Shown: positions 56,274-64,000 of the stretch, piece after piece
Numbering within the stretch: position 1 is the stretch's first letter
Layout: each line of letters opens with the position of its first letter
Translations under genes and position numbers: made by a program
Notes under the pieces: model-generated
Databases searched by the model: none
What the model was told of the DNA's origin: nothing
Seen by the model: only the letters and a program-made list of their open reading frames with translations
DNA from: Candidatus Nomurabacteria bacterium
GTDB lineage: Bacteria > Patescibacteriota > Minisyncoccia > Phycocordibacterales > UBA5272
Assembly (NCBI GenBank): GCA_028286645.1
Contig: JAQBRF010000004.1
Span: forward strand, 337,536 to 401,535
DNA length: 64,000 nt
Direction of reading: 5' to 3'

Positions 56274-56750
56274 TTAAGGGCGTGATGTGATGAATCGGAA
56301 CTTGCATCCGTAGATCTCGAGCGTGTCTTCGTCGGGTGTGCTCCCTCGTATGTACTTGAACTCAGGAGCGGTCGGCATTTTACGCCGCTCTTCAACGTCG
56401 AGCGGTGACGGAAGAAGCACTTGATCAGTGTAGCGTGGCGGGGGGAGCCAACGTTTGCCCACCAGATCATAGTAGAGCTTCAACCTTAACACTTCATTGC
56501 TTCGTTGCCGAATAGGGCGGGTAAGAAACTCGGCCTCAATCTGAAGAGATTGATTGACGTCACCCCCGTGCGGCACAGAGAAGGCAAGTAAGGTAAGAGC
56601 CCCCGAGACAAAGCACGCGAGTGCAGGCAATACGTAATCATTCCGCGCTGCGATGTCTGATTCGAGAAAACCTGCTGCTATTAAAATGGCAAATCCTGCT
56701 CCAACCAACATGGCGCCGGCCGCCTGATGAGGCTTCATATAAGAATTCAT
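56274..56750 (-). CDS. GC-rich hypothetical membrane-anchored protein
   Basis: AAAGGATGG RBS before the ATG at 56750 (MNSYMKPHQ). One TM helix. Confidence 0.45.
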   Translation of the reverse strand: MNSYMKPHQAAGAMLVGAGFAILIAAGFLESDIAARNDYVLPALACFVSGALTLLAFSVPHGGDVNQSLQIEAEFLTRPIRQRSNEVLRLKLYYDLVGKRWLPPPRYTDQVLLPSPLDVEERRKMPTAPEFKYIRGSTPDEDTLEIYGCKFRFITSRP

Positions 56751-56969
56751 AACCATCCTTTAGCTCTCTCGACATGGAAGAGCAGAATTGTAAAATGAGC
56801 ATTCATCCCGGGATTAAGACCGGAAGATAACCAGTGTCGAGCCTAGTGCGGTTACTATAGCACATTTTGCACCAAGTGTCAATACTAAATAACCCTTCAT
56901 TTATAAAGGCTTTTCTTTTTTCATTATTTGTGGTGTAATACAGGAAACTTTTCACAAATGAGGTGACTC

Positions 56970-57278
56970 ATGTCCCGCATTATCGTGTGTGTTCTTCTGT
57001 TCTGTCTTCAGCATTCCGTAATAGCGGCCTCCGATCCACTGGAAAACATCCAGGAAAAGATAAGGGGGGCGGCCGACGAATTAAACAAATATGGAGTATG
57101 TGTCGAGCAAAACATCGATACATACTCAGTAAAGGTTTGCAGCGGAAGAATACAATCCCCCTGCAACCATTTCCTGCGAGCTCGTGTGCATTCTCACCGT
57201 GAAGACCACTATCGATGTCCGGCGGGGCGAGATCTGGGAAGCATGCCAATTAAGAATCGCATCGTACTACCTAAGTAA
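56970..57278 (+). CDS. small secreted Cys-rich protein
   Basis: GAGGTGA RBS. Signal peptide MSRIIVCVLLFCLQHSVIAAS. Six Cys in the mature part. Confidence 0.4.
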   Translation: MSRIIVCVLLFCLQHSVIAASDPLENIQEKIRGAADELNKYGVCVEQNIDTYSVKVCSGRIQSPCNHFLRARVHSHREDHYRCPAGRDLGSMPIKNRIVLPK

Positions 57279-57424
57279 AAATCTATTGCTTAGGTTTACT
57301 TACGATATACCCTGTTTAAATAACGACCATGAGGAGGTGGAGAAGTACAAGGGATTGGCGAAAGACATTTTCCGAAAGGCGATCCTCTCGATCGCGAAGT
57401 AACGCCCGAAAGGGCTTTTTTTTA

Positions 57425-58018
57425 TTATATAAACTTCTTTATTACTTTAAAGTCTTCAAAAAGCTGAGGCTTCATCCCGCCGTTATAAAGCCCAACAGCT
57501 GGATGATATAGTGGCAAAATATCTACTTTTCCATAAGATAACTTTCCTTTATACAATTTCCCGTGCATTTTTCCTATTGTAGTTAATTCGGTTGCGATAC
57601 CGGTTTTTGAAAAAATATAATACATGCTTAAGCGCCCTAGAAGCACAATTACTTTCGGCTTAATGATTTCTAGCTGACGGTCTAAGAAGGGCGCATAGAG
57701 CGCAATTTCTTCTGGCGATGGATCGCGATTATCGTGCGGTCGGTCTTTCACTAAATTTGTAATGTAAACTTTTTGCCGATCAAGCCCAATAGAAGCTAAC
57801 ATTTCATCCAGCAATTTACCAGAGCGTCCGCAAAATGGCTTTCCGGTGAGCGCTTCAGTTTTCCCCGGAGCTTCTCCGATACAAACAATATTCGCCTTTT
57901 CTGTTCCTTCTCCTATTACAGGAAAATAGTTATTAGTAATCCGATATTCATATAAGGGAGATTCTTTCAAATTTAAAATCTCTTTATTTATTTTCTGCAT
58001 ACCATCCTTCTTTATCAT
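57425..58018 (-). CDS. uracil-DNA glycosylase superfamily protein (family 4-like)
   Basis: IVCIGEAPGKTE motif A, FCGRSGKLL, and LPLYHPA motif B. Confidence 0.7.
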   Translation of the reverse strand: MIKKDGMQKINKEILNLKESPLYEYRITNNYFPVIGEGTEKANIVCIGEAPGKTEALTGKPFCGRSGKLLDEMLASIGLDRQKVYITNLVKDRPHDNRDPSPEEIALYAPFLDRQLEIIKPKVIVLLGRLSMYYIFSKTGIATELTTIGKMHGKLYKGKLSYGKVDILPLYHPAVGLYNGGMKPQLFEDFKVIKKFI

Positions 58019-58053
58019 AATGATAGTTTACAGTTTTCAGTTATCAGTTTCCA

Positions 58054-58083
58054 GTAAAAAAGCGCACCCTCCCCGGTGCGCCT
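58054..58083 (-). terminator. rho-independent terminator
   Basis: Minus strand GCGCACCggggaGGGTGCGC followed by TTTTTT. Confidence 0.7.
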
Positions 58084-58103
58084 GATGCGAAAATGAACGC
58101 CGC

Positions 58104-58559
58104 TTACTTCTTCGCGTGCTTTTCTTTGTTTTTATATGCCATTCTCGCTTCGTTCCATTCATGGTCAGACTTCAAGATAATCCTCACATAGTGCCCGGAG
58201 AATCTCCATTCGGTTTCCTTTTCCTGACCATTGATCAGGACCACATTTTCCTCCGGGGTGTAGCGGACAGTTGCGCGAACCCCTTTATTGCTTATCGCGA
58301 AGCATTCGTCATCGGGCGCTTCCCCGGGGGATTGGCAGTTTTCCTTGAACTTCGCCAGATCATACGGGCTGATCCTTAGGTCCGGCTGTACAGGATGTTT
58401 ATTTGCCAGGGCAATGACCCGAGCACTTTCCTTTTTATAAAACTCTTCCCGCTCGCCATTGCGTTGAATGGCAGAAACTGCCCATATGGCCACCGACACA
58501 AAAGCTACCGCCCCCGCGCCCCATGAGAAGACGCGTAATGCTCTCCTGACCTTATTCAT
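58104..58559 (-). CDS. GC-rich hypothetical membrane-anchored protein
   Basis: 151 aa, with an N-terminal TM helix and a Lys-rich tail. Confidence 0.45.
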   Translation of the reverse strand: MNKVRRALRVFSWGAGAVAFVSVAIWAVSAIQRNGEREEFYKKESARVIALANKHPVQPDLRISPYDLAKFKENCQSPGEAPDDECFAISNKGVRATVRYTPEENVVLINGQEKETEWRFSGHYVRIILKSDHEWNEARMAYKNKEKHAKK

Positions 58560-58676
58560 GAACGATCCTTAAATTAGAGTGCCGACTTTCAGCCAGCAAT
58601 TAAAAAGCTTCATACGAGCTACCCGCCTTCTAATCTATAATAAAAATCAGGAAAGTCAAATCAACCAAAACTAAAT

Positions 58677-59450
58677 TTATGCCTTCAATCCTCTTCCTGT
58701 TTTAAAGAGATACAATATCCAAGCAAAAGCAATTGCAATAGCCCCCAATATAACTGCAATACAATATATAAAAGAAATATCAGAAAATCCTAAGATGCCA
58801 TATCTAAGAGCATTAATCATATAAAGAATTGGATTGAAATGTGAGATGGTTTGCCAAATGCCTGGCAGCATTTTCACTGAGTAGAAAATTCCACCTAAGT
58901 ATGTAAGAGGCATAAGGAAAAAAGTTGAAACTATTCCCATATCATCAAAAGTTTTCGCATAAGTGGCATTAATAAGTCCAAGAAGGGCGAAAAACATTGA
59001 AGTAAGCAGAATTACTAGGACAGCGTAGATCGGATGTACTATATGGATAGTCTCAAAAAAGAATGAGCTTATAAATATAAGAAATCCTATAATTACTCCG
59101 TTAAACATGGAGCTGGCTAAATAACTTGTTACGACAAGCCATGCGGGCATAGGAGTAATTAATATTTCCTGAACAGTCTTTTGAAATTTTAAAAAGAAAA
59201 ACTTAGTGAGCATGCTTTGAAAAGAATTCATTAGTACTGCCATCATCATAAGACCGGGCACTATGAAAGCCATATAAGAAACTCCACCGACGGCTTTGAT
59301 TTGAGAACCGATAAAAGTTCCGAAAATCAGAAAATACATTACTGTGGTAATTATGGAAGGCAAGAAGGTCTGCTTCCATGTACGAAAAGAGCGTCTTATT
59401 TCTTTATCAAATATAGTTCTAAATGCGATGTATTTTTGTCTTGGATTCAT
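58677..59450 (-). CDS. ABC-2 type transporter permease
   Basis: Six TM helices. Lies immediately downstream of the ABC ATPase. Confidence 0.7.
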   Translation of the reverse strand: MNPRQKYIAFRTIFDKEIRRSFRTWKQTFLPSIITTVMYFLIFGTFIGSQIKAVGGVSYMAFIVPGLMMMAVLMNSFQSMLTKFFFLKFQKTVQEILITPMPAWLVVTSYLASSMFNGVIIGFLIFISSFFFETIHIVHPIYAVLVILLTSMFFALLGLINATYAKTFDDMGIVSTFFLMPLTYLGGIFYSVKMLPGIWQTISHFNPILYMINALRYGILGFSDISFIYCIAVILGAIAIAFAWILYLFKTGRGLKA

Positions 59451-59461
59451 AGGTATAGATG

Positions 59462-60217
59462 TTAGATTTTAGATAATACCGGTTCCTGGCTGCCTCCTGC
59501 TTCTTTAATTATTTCCATATATATATCTTCCAAACGTTTGCCGCCTCTTACCTCCTCCATCGTTCCCTCTCGTTTGATTTCTCCATTACTAATAATGGCG
59601 ATATTTCTACAAAGATTTTCCGCCTCTTCTAAATAGTGCGTCGTAAGGATTATAGTAACCCCACTTTTATTTAATTCTGCTAAATATTTCCACATTTCAT
59701 GCCTAAGCTCCACATCGACTCCAGCCGTAGGCTCGTCCAAGAAAAGTAGAGTTGGCTTATGTACGAGCGCACGAGCAATCATTAGTCGTCTTTTCATGCC
59801 TCCAGAAAGAGCGATAGTCTGTACTTTTCTTTTATCTTCTAGTGAAAGCTTAGTTAAAAGCATGTCGATCTGCTCCTTCGCCTCACTTCTTGATATTCCA
59901 TAATATCCCGCTTGTGTATATAAAACATTTTCTACTGTTTCAAAAATATCCGCGTTATATTCTTGAGGAACTAGGCCAATATGGACCTTGGCAATGTCTC
60001 CATCAATATCAATATCATGGCCTTGAACTATTATCTTTCCCTCTGTTTTATTAACTAGTCCGCAGGTTATGCTAATGAGTGTAGTTTTCCCGGCGCCGTT
60101 AGGGCCGAGGAGAGCGAAAAAATCCCCTTCAGCGACATTTAAGCTCACCTCTTTCAAAGCTTGCTTCCCTCCTTCGTATATTTTTTTTAAACTTTTAATT
60201 TCTAATGCGTTCTTCAT
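59462..60217 (-). CDS. ABC transporter ATP-binding protein
   Basis: Walker A LLGPNGAGKTT. Signature LSGGMKRRL. Walker B LLFLDEPTAGVD. Confidence 0.9.
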   Translation of the reverse strand: MKNALEIKSLKKIYEGGKQALKEVSLNVAEGDFFALLGPNGAGKTTLISITCGLVNKTEGKIIVQGHDIDIDGDIAKVHIGLVPQEYNADIFETVENVLYTQAGYYGISRSEAKEQIDMLLTKLSLEDKRKVQTIALSGGMKRRLMIARALVHKPTLLFLDEPTAGVDVELRHEMWKYLAELNKSGVTIILTTHYLEEAENLCRNIAIISNGEIKREGTMEEVRGGKRLEDIYMEIIKEAGGSQEPVLSKI

Positions 60218-60312
60218 GGAATGATTATTCTATACTATCATTTGCTGAGAAGAAAACAAAACAGCACCTAAGGCGCTGTTTTAATTATTAATAAAGTAAT
60301 ATTACTTGGAAT

Positions 60313-60720
60313 TTATTTCCAAGATGCTAGCCAATCTTTCAATTGCTTTAGTTGTGAGGCCTCAGAACTTATAACATTTTTCGCAAGAGTTGCGATCTCA
60401 TTTCTTGGGTTTAGTGCAAGAACTTGTTGAGACATTGCAATGGCGGCTTGTTGGTTTGCTACCATCAACTGCACATACTGCTTCTCTGTAGTAACTTTAC
60501 CTGTGTAAGCTACATATGAAGATGTTGTCCCGCCTGCATTTGCAGATCCAGCTTGAGTTCCAGTTGTTCCGCTTCCGCTAGTTCCGGTTGCAGACCCGTT
60601 ATCTGTTACCGTGTCCATAGCATCCATGGATCCTTTATCGGTCATAGAATATCCATACCATCCTACTAAAAGCCCTACTATTAATGCGATTACAATTCCC
60701 CAAATATTATTTTTGTTCAT
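60313..60720 (-). CDS. membrane-anchored protein with DUF305-like C-terminal helix pair
   Basis: LMVANQQAAIAMSQQVL resembles the DUF305 HHxxAIxMA motif, but without the His residues. Confidence 0.35.
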   Translation of the reverse strand: MNKNNIWGIVIALIVGLLVGWYGYSMTDKGSMDAMDTVTDNGSATGTSGSGTTGTQAGSANAGGTTSSYVAYTGKVTTEKQYVQLMVANQQAAIAMSQQVLALNPRNEIATLAKNVISSEASQLKQLKDWLASWK

Positions 60721-60778
60721 ACGATATTAAGTATAAGGTCAAATGGCAAAAGTCAAAAGTGACAGCGACACCTTTTAT

Positions 60779-61324
60779 TTATGAGTTTTGAGATTTGAGA
60801 TATTCTAGCATTGTGTCTGCATCTGATACTTCAAATGGGTCAGAATCATAGTTATCTGAAAATCCAGGCTCGATAAATAACTTTTTTATTATTCCATCTT
60901 CTACGAACATAGAATATCTCCATGATCTTTCACCGAATCCTAAGTTAGTCTTCTTTACAAGCATTCCTATCTCGCGAGTAAAGTCTGCATTTCCGTCAGG
61001 CAGCATAAATACTTTTTCAACGTTCAGATTTTTCTTCCAGTTATACATTACGAATGCATCATTCACTGAGATACAAACAATTTCATCTACTCCTAAATTT
61101 TTAAATTCATCATAATGCTTTTCATAACCCGGCGCATGAGTAGACGAACATGTAGGCGTAAATGCTCCCGGAAGTCCGAACACAATTACTTTTTTCCCCT
61201 TAAAAATTTCATCTGTAGTAACGTCTTGCCAGCGGAAAGGATTTTCTCCACCAACTGATTCATCTCGCACCCTAGTCTTAAATGTTACTTGTGGAACACT
61301 GTCCCCTTCTTTTTTTTGGTTCAT
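60779..61324 (-). CDS. peroxiredoxin (Prx5-like)
   Basis: FGLPGAFTPTCSSTHAP with the peroxidatic Cys. Confidence 0.8.
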   Translation of the reverse strand: MNQKKEGDSVPQVTFKTRVRDESVGGENPFRWQDVTTDEIFKGKKVIVFGLPGAFTPTCSSTHAPGYEKHYDEFKNLGVDEIVCISVNDAFVMYNWKKNLNVEKVFMLPDGNADFTREIGMLVKKTNLGFGERSWRYSMFVEDGIIKKLFIEPGFSDNYDSDPFEVSDADTMLEYLKSQNS

Positions 61325-61433
61325 ATTTTTTCAATTTATTTCTAATAATCATAACTACCATAATCTGTATATAGTAAATATAACGCAAAGATTTGTAAGA
61401 TGCAAAATACTTCAAAGTGGTATACTTTGCCCC

Positions 61434-62189
61434 ATGAGCAATGTCCTTAAAGCTAATGAATTTTTCGATATCAATAAGCTCCCCCCTGAAAAAGGCTTAC
61501 TTTTATTTGGACTTTCTATGAACAGACTTCTGAATCGTCAAAGCCCAGAAAAGTGTTTTGAGGATATACGGCATATAAGTCCCTCAAAGGTCAATAAGCC
61601 GCTTATAGGTCTTAACTTTATATATTCAGATTTCTTATATTTGTATAGCGATAAACCCGCACCTGAACTAAAAAAAACATTTATGGTGGAAGTCATAAAA
61701 CACAGAAATGGAATGATGAATTTACTGGAAAAGAATGCACTTGAATTTCAACTTCAACACGCATTTAATTACATGGTCTGGAATCAGCTTTATGTGGGCA
61801 CAAATAATTTTAATGACTTATTTGAGGAGATAAAAAGAATTTATAAAAAAGATGAGCTATTCCAAAAATATCTTGAAGAAGACTGTCAAACTTTTGGAAG
61901 AGAGATGAAAGAAAATCAAGTTAATTTTTTCTTAGAAGAAAACCTAATGTGCTACCTATTGAGTAAAGGGCAAGTAAAGCTTCCAAATGAATTTATAGAA
62001 AATAATCAAAAGTGGGTATTGTTTTGCTATCCAGGAAGAGCATTGAAAAGCCATATATATCTGCACCAAATCAACCCCTTTAAATTAAAATGGAATGAAA
62101 ATCCCTATCAAGACTCTTATTACGATTTAGAATCAAAACAGCTTATTGATTTTAATCGTATTGATTTAGAAACTTACAAAGTCAAATAG
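61434..62189 (+). CDS. hypothetical protein
   Basis: 251-aa AT-rich ORF. Confidence 0.4.
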   Translation: MSNVLKANEFFDINKLPPEKGLLLFGLSMNRLLNRQSPEKCFEDIRHISPSKVNKPLIGLNFIYSDFLYLYSDKPAPELKKTFMVEVIKHRNGMMNLLEKNALEFQLQHAFNYMVWNQLYVGTNNFNDLFEEIKRIYKKDELFQKYLEEDCQTFGREMKENQVNFFLEENLMCYLLSKGQVKLPNEFIENNQKWVLFCYPGRALKSHIYLHQINPFKLKWNENPYQDSYYDLESKQLIDFNRIDLETYKVK

Positions 62190-62205
62190 GAAGGAAACAG
62201 GAACA

Positions 62206-63126
62206 CTAATTAATCTTCGTGGGATATTCAGACTTGGAAGCGTTAGCTATTGCCTCCGTCCACAATTCTCCATTTTTCTTCATTGAGCCGTCAGTTGCCC
62301 AAGCAAGAGCCGGTAGTGCTAAGATATTACCAGTATAATTATTAAGATTACCGTTCTCCTCTTCAAATGCATAACCATACAGCTCGTCTTTCTTCGCCCG
62401 ATCTAATACAAAATTATGATCATATAATTTATGAGATATGCTTACAAACATAGCACTAGTTTTCATTACAGATAAAAATTCATTAGTAAGAATTTTCTTT
62501 GTGCTATTATTATCAGCCAAAGCAGGGAAAATAACATCACACCCCTTAATAAGATCTCCTAATTCCAGAAATACAAATCTATCATCTCGAGAATTTTGAG
62601 ACCAGTATGAGACTTCCATACCTACCCCTACGCATAATTCAGCAAAACGTTTCCCGATACTTCCTAAGCCTATTATCCCAACTTTCTTTCCTCGTAATTC
62701 GACACCTTGATGCTTAATAAAATCCTGCCTAAAATTATCATGCATAACGACGGGCAATTTACGCGCTAAAGATAAAGTCATCATCAATGAGAATTCTGCA
62801 ACGGCCTCTGTTGAAAAACCTCTCAGATTTGTAACCGGTATTCCTTTTTCTTTAGCATACAAAGTATCAATCCAACCAAAAGAAGTTGTTTGCAGGATAA
62901 TCGCCTTTAAATTAACCACAGAGTCAATATCTTGTTTCGAAAAAGACCAATTAACAAAATCTGGATCAATAGCAAGTATTTTCTCATCCGCGGTTTTCAA
63001 TTCTCGTATACCTGAAATAGGCTCTACTGTAGTTTTAAAAATAACTTCTCCGGCCTGAGCCAATTTATCTTCAAGTTCTTGTGTAAATACCCCTTCCCTA
63101 TTAGGCGTAAGAATAATTAGCTTCAT
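62206..63126 (-). CDS. D-isomer-specific 2-hydroxyacid dehydrogenase family protein
   Basis: NAD-binding GKKVGIIGLGSIGKRFAE. Confidence 0.75.
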   Translation of the reverse strand: MKLIILTPNREGVFTQELEDKLAQAGEVIFKTTVEPISGIRELKTADEKILAIDPDFVNWSFSKQDIDSVVNLKAIILQTTSFGWIDTLYAKEKGIPVTNLRGFSTEAVAEFSLMMTLSLARKLPVVMHDNFRQDFIKHQGVELRGKKVGIIGLGSIGKRFAELCVGVGMEVSYWSQNSRDDRFVFLELGDLIKGCDVIFPALADNNSTKKILTNEFLSVMKTSAMFVSISHKLYDHNFVLDRAKKDELYGYAFEEENGNLNNYTGNILALPALAWATDGSMKKNGELWTEAIANASKSEYPTKIN

Positions 63127-63317
63127 TTAGGAAGTATATCAGTAACATCATTGTAACAAAATCCGCCTTCGGCGGATTTTGTTTTATCTTTATTTAGGAT
63201 TTTAAAAGAAAATTATTTGGAGCAGATTCTAGGCGGGGAGAAAGGTTTTTTAGAGACGTACGAGATAGTACGTCGAGAAAAACTAGAGGCTCCGCAACAA
63301 CGAAGGTGCCCAAATAA

Positions 63318-64000
63318 TTATCTTTTCGGTACGAAGGTGAGAGCGTGGCCTAATTTAGTTCCACGTCCCGTTCTTCCTATTCTGTGAATATAAGTCTCGT
63401 AGTTATTTGGAATATCATAGTTCACCACAAGTGAAATATCATTGATATCTAGTCCGCGAGCTGCAACGTCAGTTGCAATAACTACTTGGACTTTTCCGCT
63501 TGAAAGCGCTTTAACGGCTCTTTCTCTTTCTCTGTTATGCATGTCTCCATGAAGCGCTAAGGCTTTGAATCCTCTTGCTTCAAGTTCTGCTTGCAATCCA
63601 TCCACGTGTCTTTTCATTTCTCTGAAAATAAGTACTTTTGAATACTCAGGTTTAGAAAGAATGTCATGAAGCGCTTCTACCTTATCCTTATCTCCGTTAA
63701 CTCTTACGACGTCCTGCATAACTGATGCTGCAGTATCTCGTGATTTAACAGAAACTGTTACAGGATCTTTTAGGAAATCATTACAAAGCTTCTTAATTTC
63801 AGCTCCAAATGTGGCTGAAAAGAATAGACCCTGCTTTTTCGCAGGCATTGCGCCTAATATAGATCTCATATCATCTATGAATCCCATATCTAGCATTCTA
63901 TCTGCTTCATCAAGAACGATACTTTCGAAGTAATCCATTCTGATTTTTCCTCTTTCAATTAAATCTTTAACTCTTCCTGGGGTTCCGATAACTGCATGGA
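63318..64000 (-). CDS. DEAD-box RNA helicase (5' end beyond window)
   Basis: LDEADRMLDMGF (DEAD box). Motif VI HRIGRTGRG. The gene continues past 64000. Confidence 0.85.
   Translation of the reverse strand, partial: HAVIGTPGRVKDLIERGKIRMDYFESIVLDEADRMLDMGFIDDMRSILGAMPAKKQGLFFSATFGAEIKKLCNDFLKDPVTVSVKSRDTAASVMQDVVRVNGDKDKVEALHDILSKPEYSKVLIFREMKRHVDGLQAELEARGFKALALHGDMHNRERERAVKALSSGKVQVVIATDVAARGLDINDISLVVNYDIPNNYETYIHRIGRTGRGTKLGHALTFVPKR

Overview
This 64 kb window is AT-rich and gene-dense, which fits a small-genome bacterium, possibly of the CPR/Patescibacteria type; the indicators are a short 505-aa IF-2, compact operons and very AT-rich intergenic DNA. Homology calls rest on motifs read directly from the ORF translations. 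No database search was possible.

Housekeeping backbone, in conserved syntenies:
- clpB (5'-partial), Fe/Mn superoxide dismutase, cysteine desulfurase
- infB-rbfA, an RluA-family pseudouridine synthase, dprA-topA, a short Rel/SpoT homolog, parB
- a beta-lactamase-fold serine hydrolase with a peptidoglycan-binding protein, a glutaredoxin-like protein, miaA, gatB, obg
- the dnaG-rpoD operon and rpoB-rpoC
- a family-4-like uracil-DNA glycosylase, an ABC-2 exporter pair, a Prx5-type peroxiredoxin, a 2-hydroxyacid dehydrogenase and a DEAD-box helicase (partial)

Five tRNAs are present: Leu-TAG (+), Leu-TAA (-), Lys-CTT (-), Cys-GCA (+) and Leu-CAA (-).

Accessory content:
1. An integrated island abuts tRNA-Leu(TAG). 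It carries a large serine recombinase whose 3' end overlaps the tRNA, followed by cargo. The cargo includes a three-gene operon of a ParB/Srx-fold protein, a GNAT acetyltransferase and a tRNA-dependent cyclodipeptide synthase (CDPS) homolog. This operon is the best candidate for an undescribed system. The CDPS has Cys at the position of the catalytic Ser. A PIN-domain toxin-antitoxin-like pair sits next to the operon.
2. Two families of roughly 130-190 bp miniature elements are present, here named family E (core 'ggcggagcgttat') and family F (a hairpin plus an 'agcaagccaactgcttggcttgcggagact' body). Each copy sits between the 3' end of a gene and a diverged duplicate of that same 3' end. The targets are tRNA-Leu(TAA), tRNA-Leu(CAA), tRNA-Cys and topA.
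3. A roughly 1.4 kb GC-rich locus on the minus strand encodes three to four paralogous 57-61 aa Gly/Ser/Thr/Asn-rich peptides with an identical 'GNPGDSPG' C-terminus. Each has its own ribosome-binding site. The locus also has its own promoter with operator-like sites, and terminators.
4. At least 17 GC-rich ORFan genes, each with a GC-clamped terminator, are interleaved with AT-rich core genes.
5. A roughly 200 bp inverted-repeat pair lies 14 kb apart (7021-7242 and 21326-21480).

Other notable features are a secreted protein of about 28% tyrosine and tandem GC-rich paralogs. No rRNA genes and no CRISPR array were seen.
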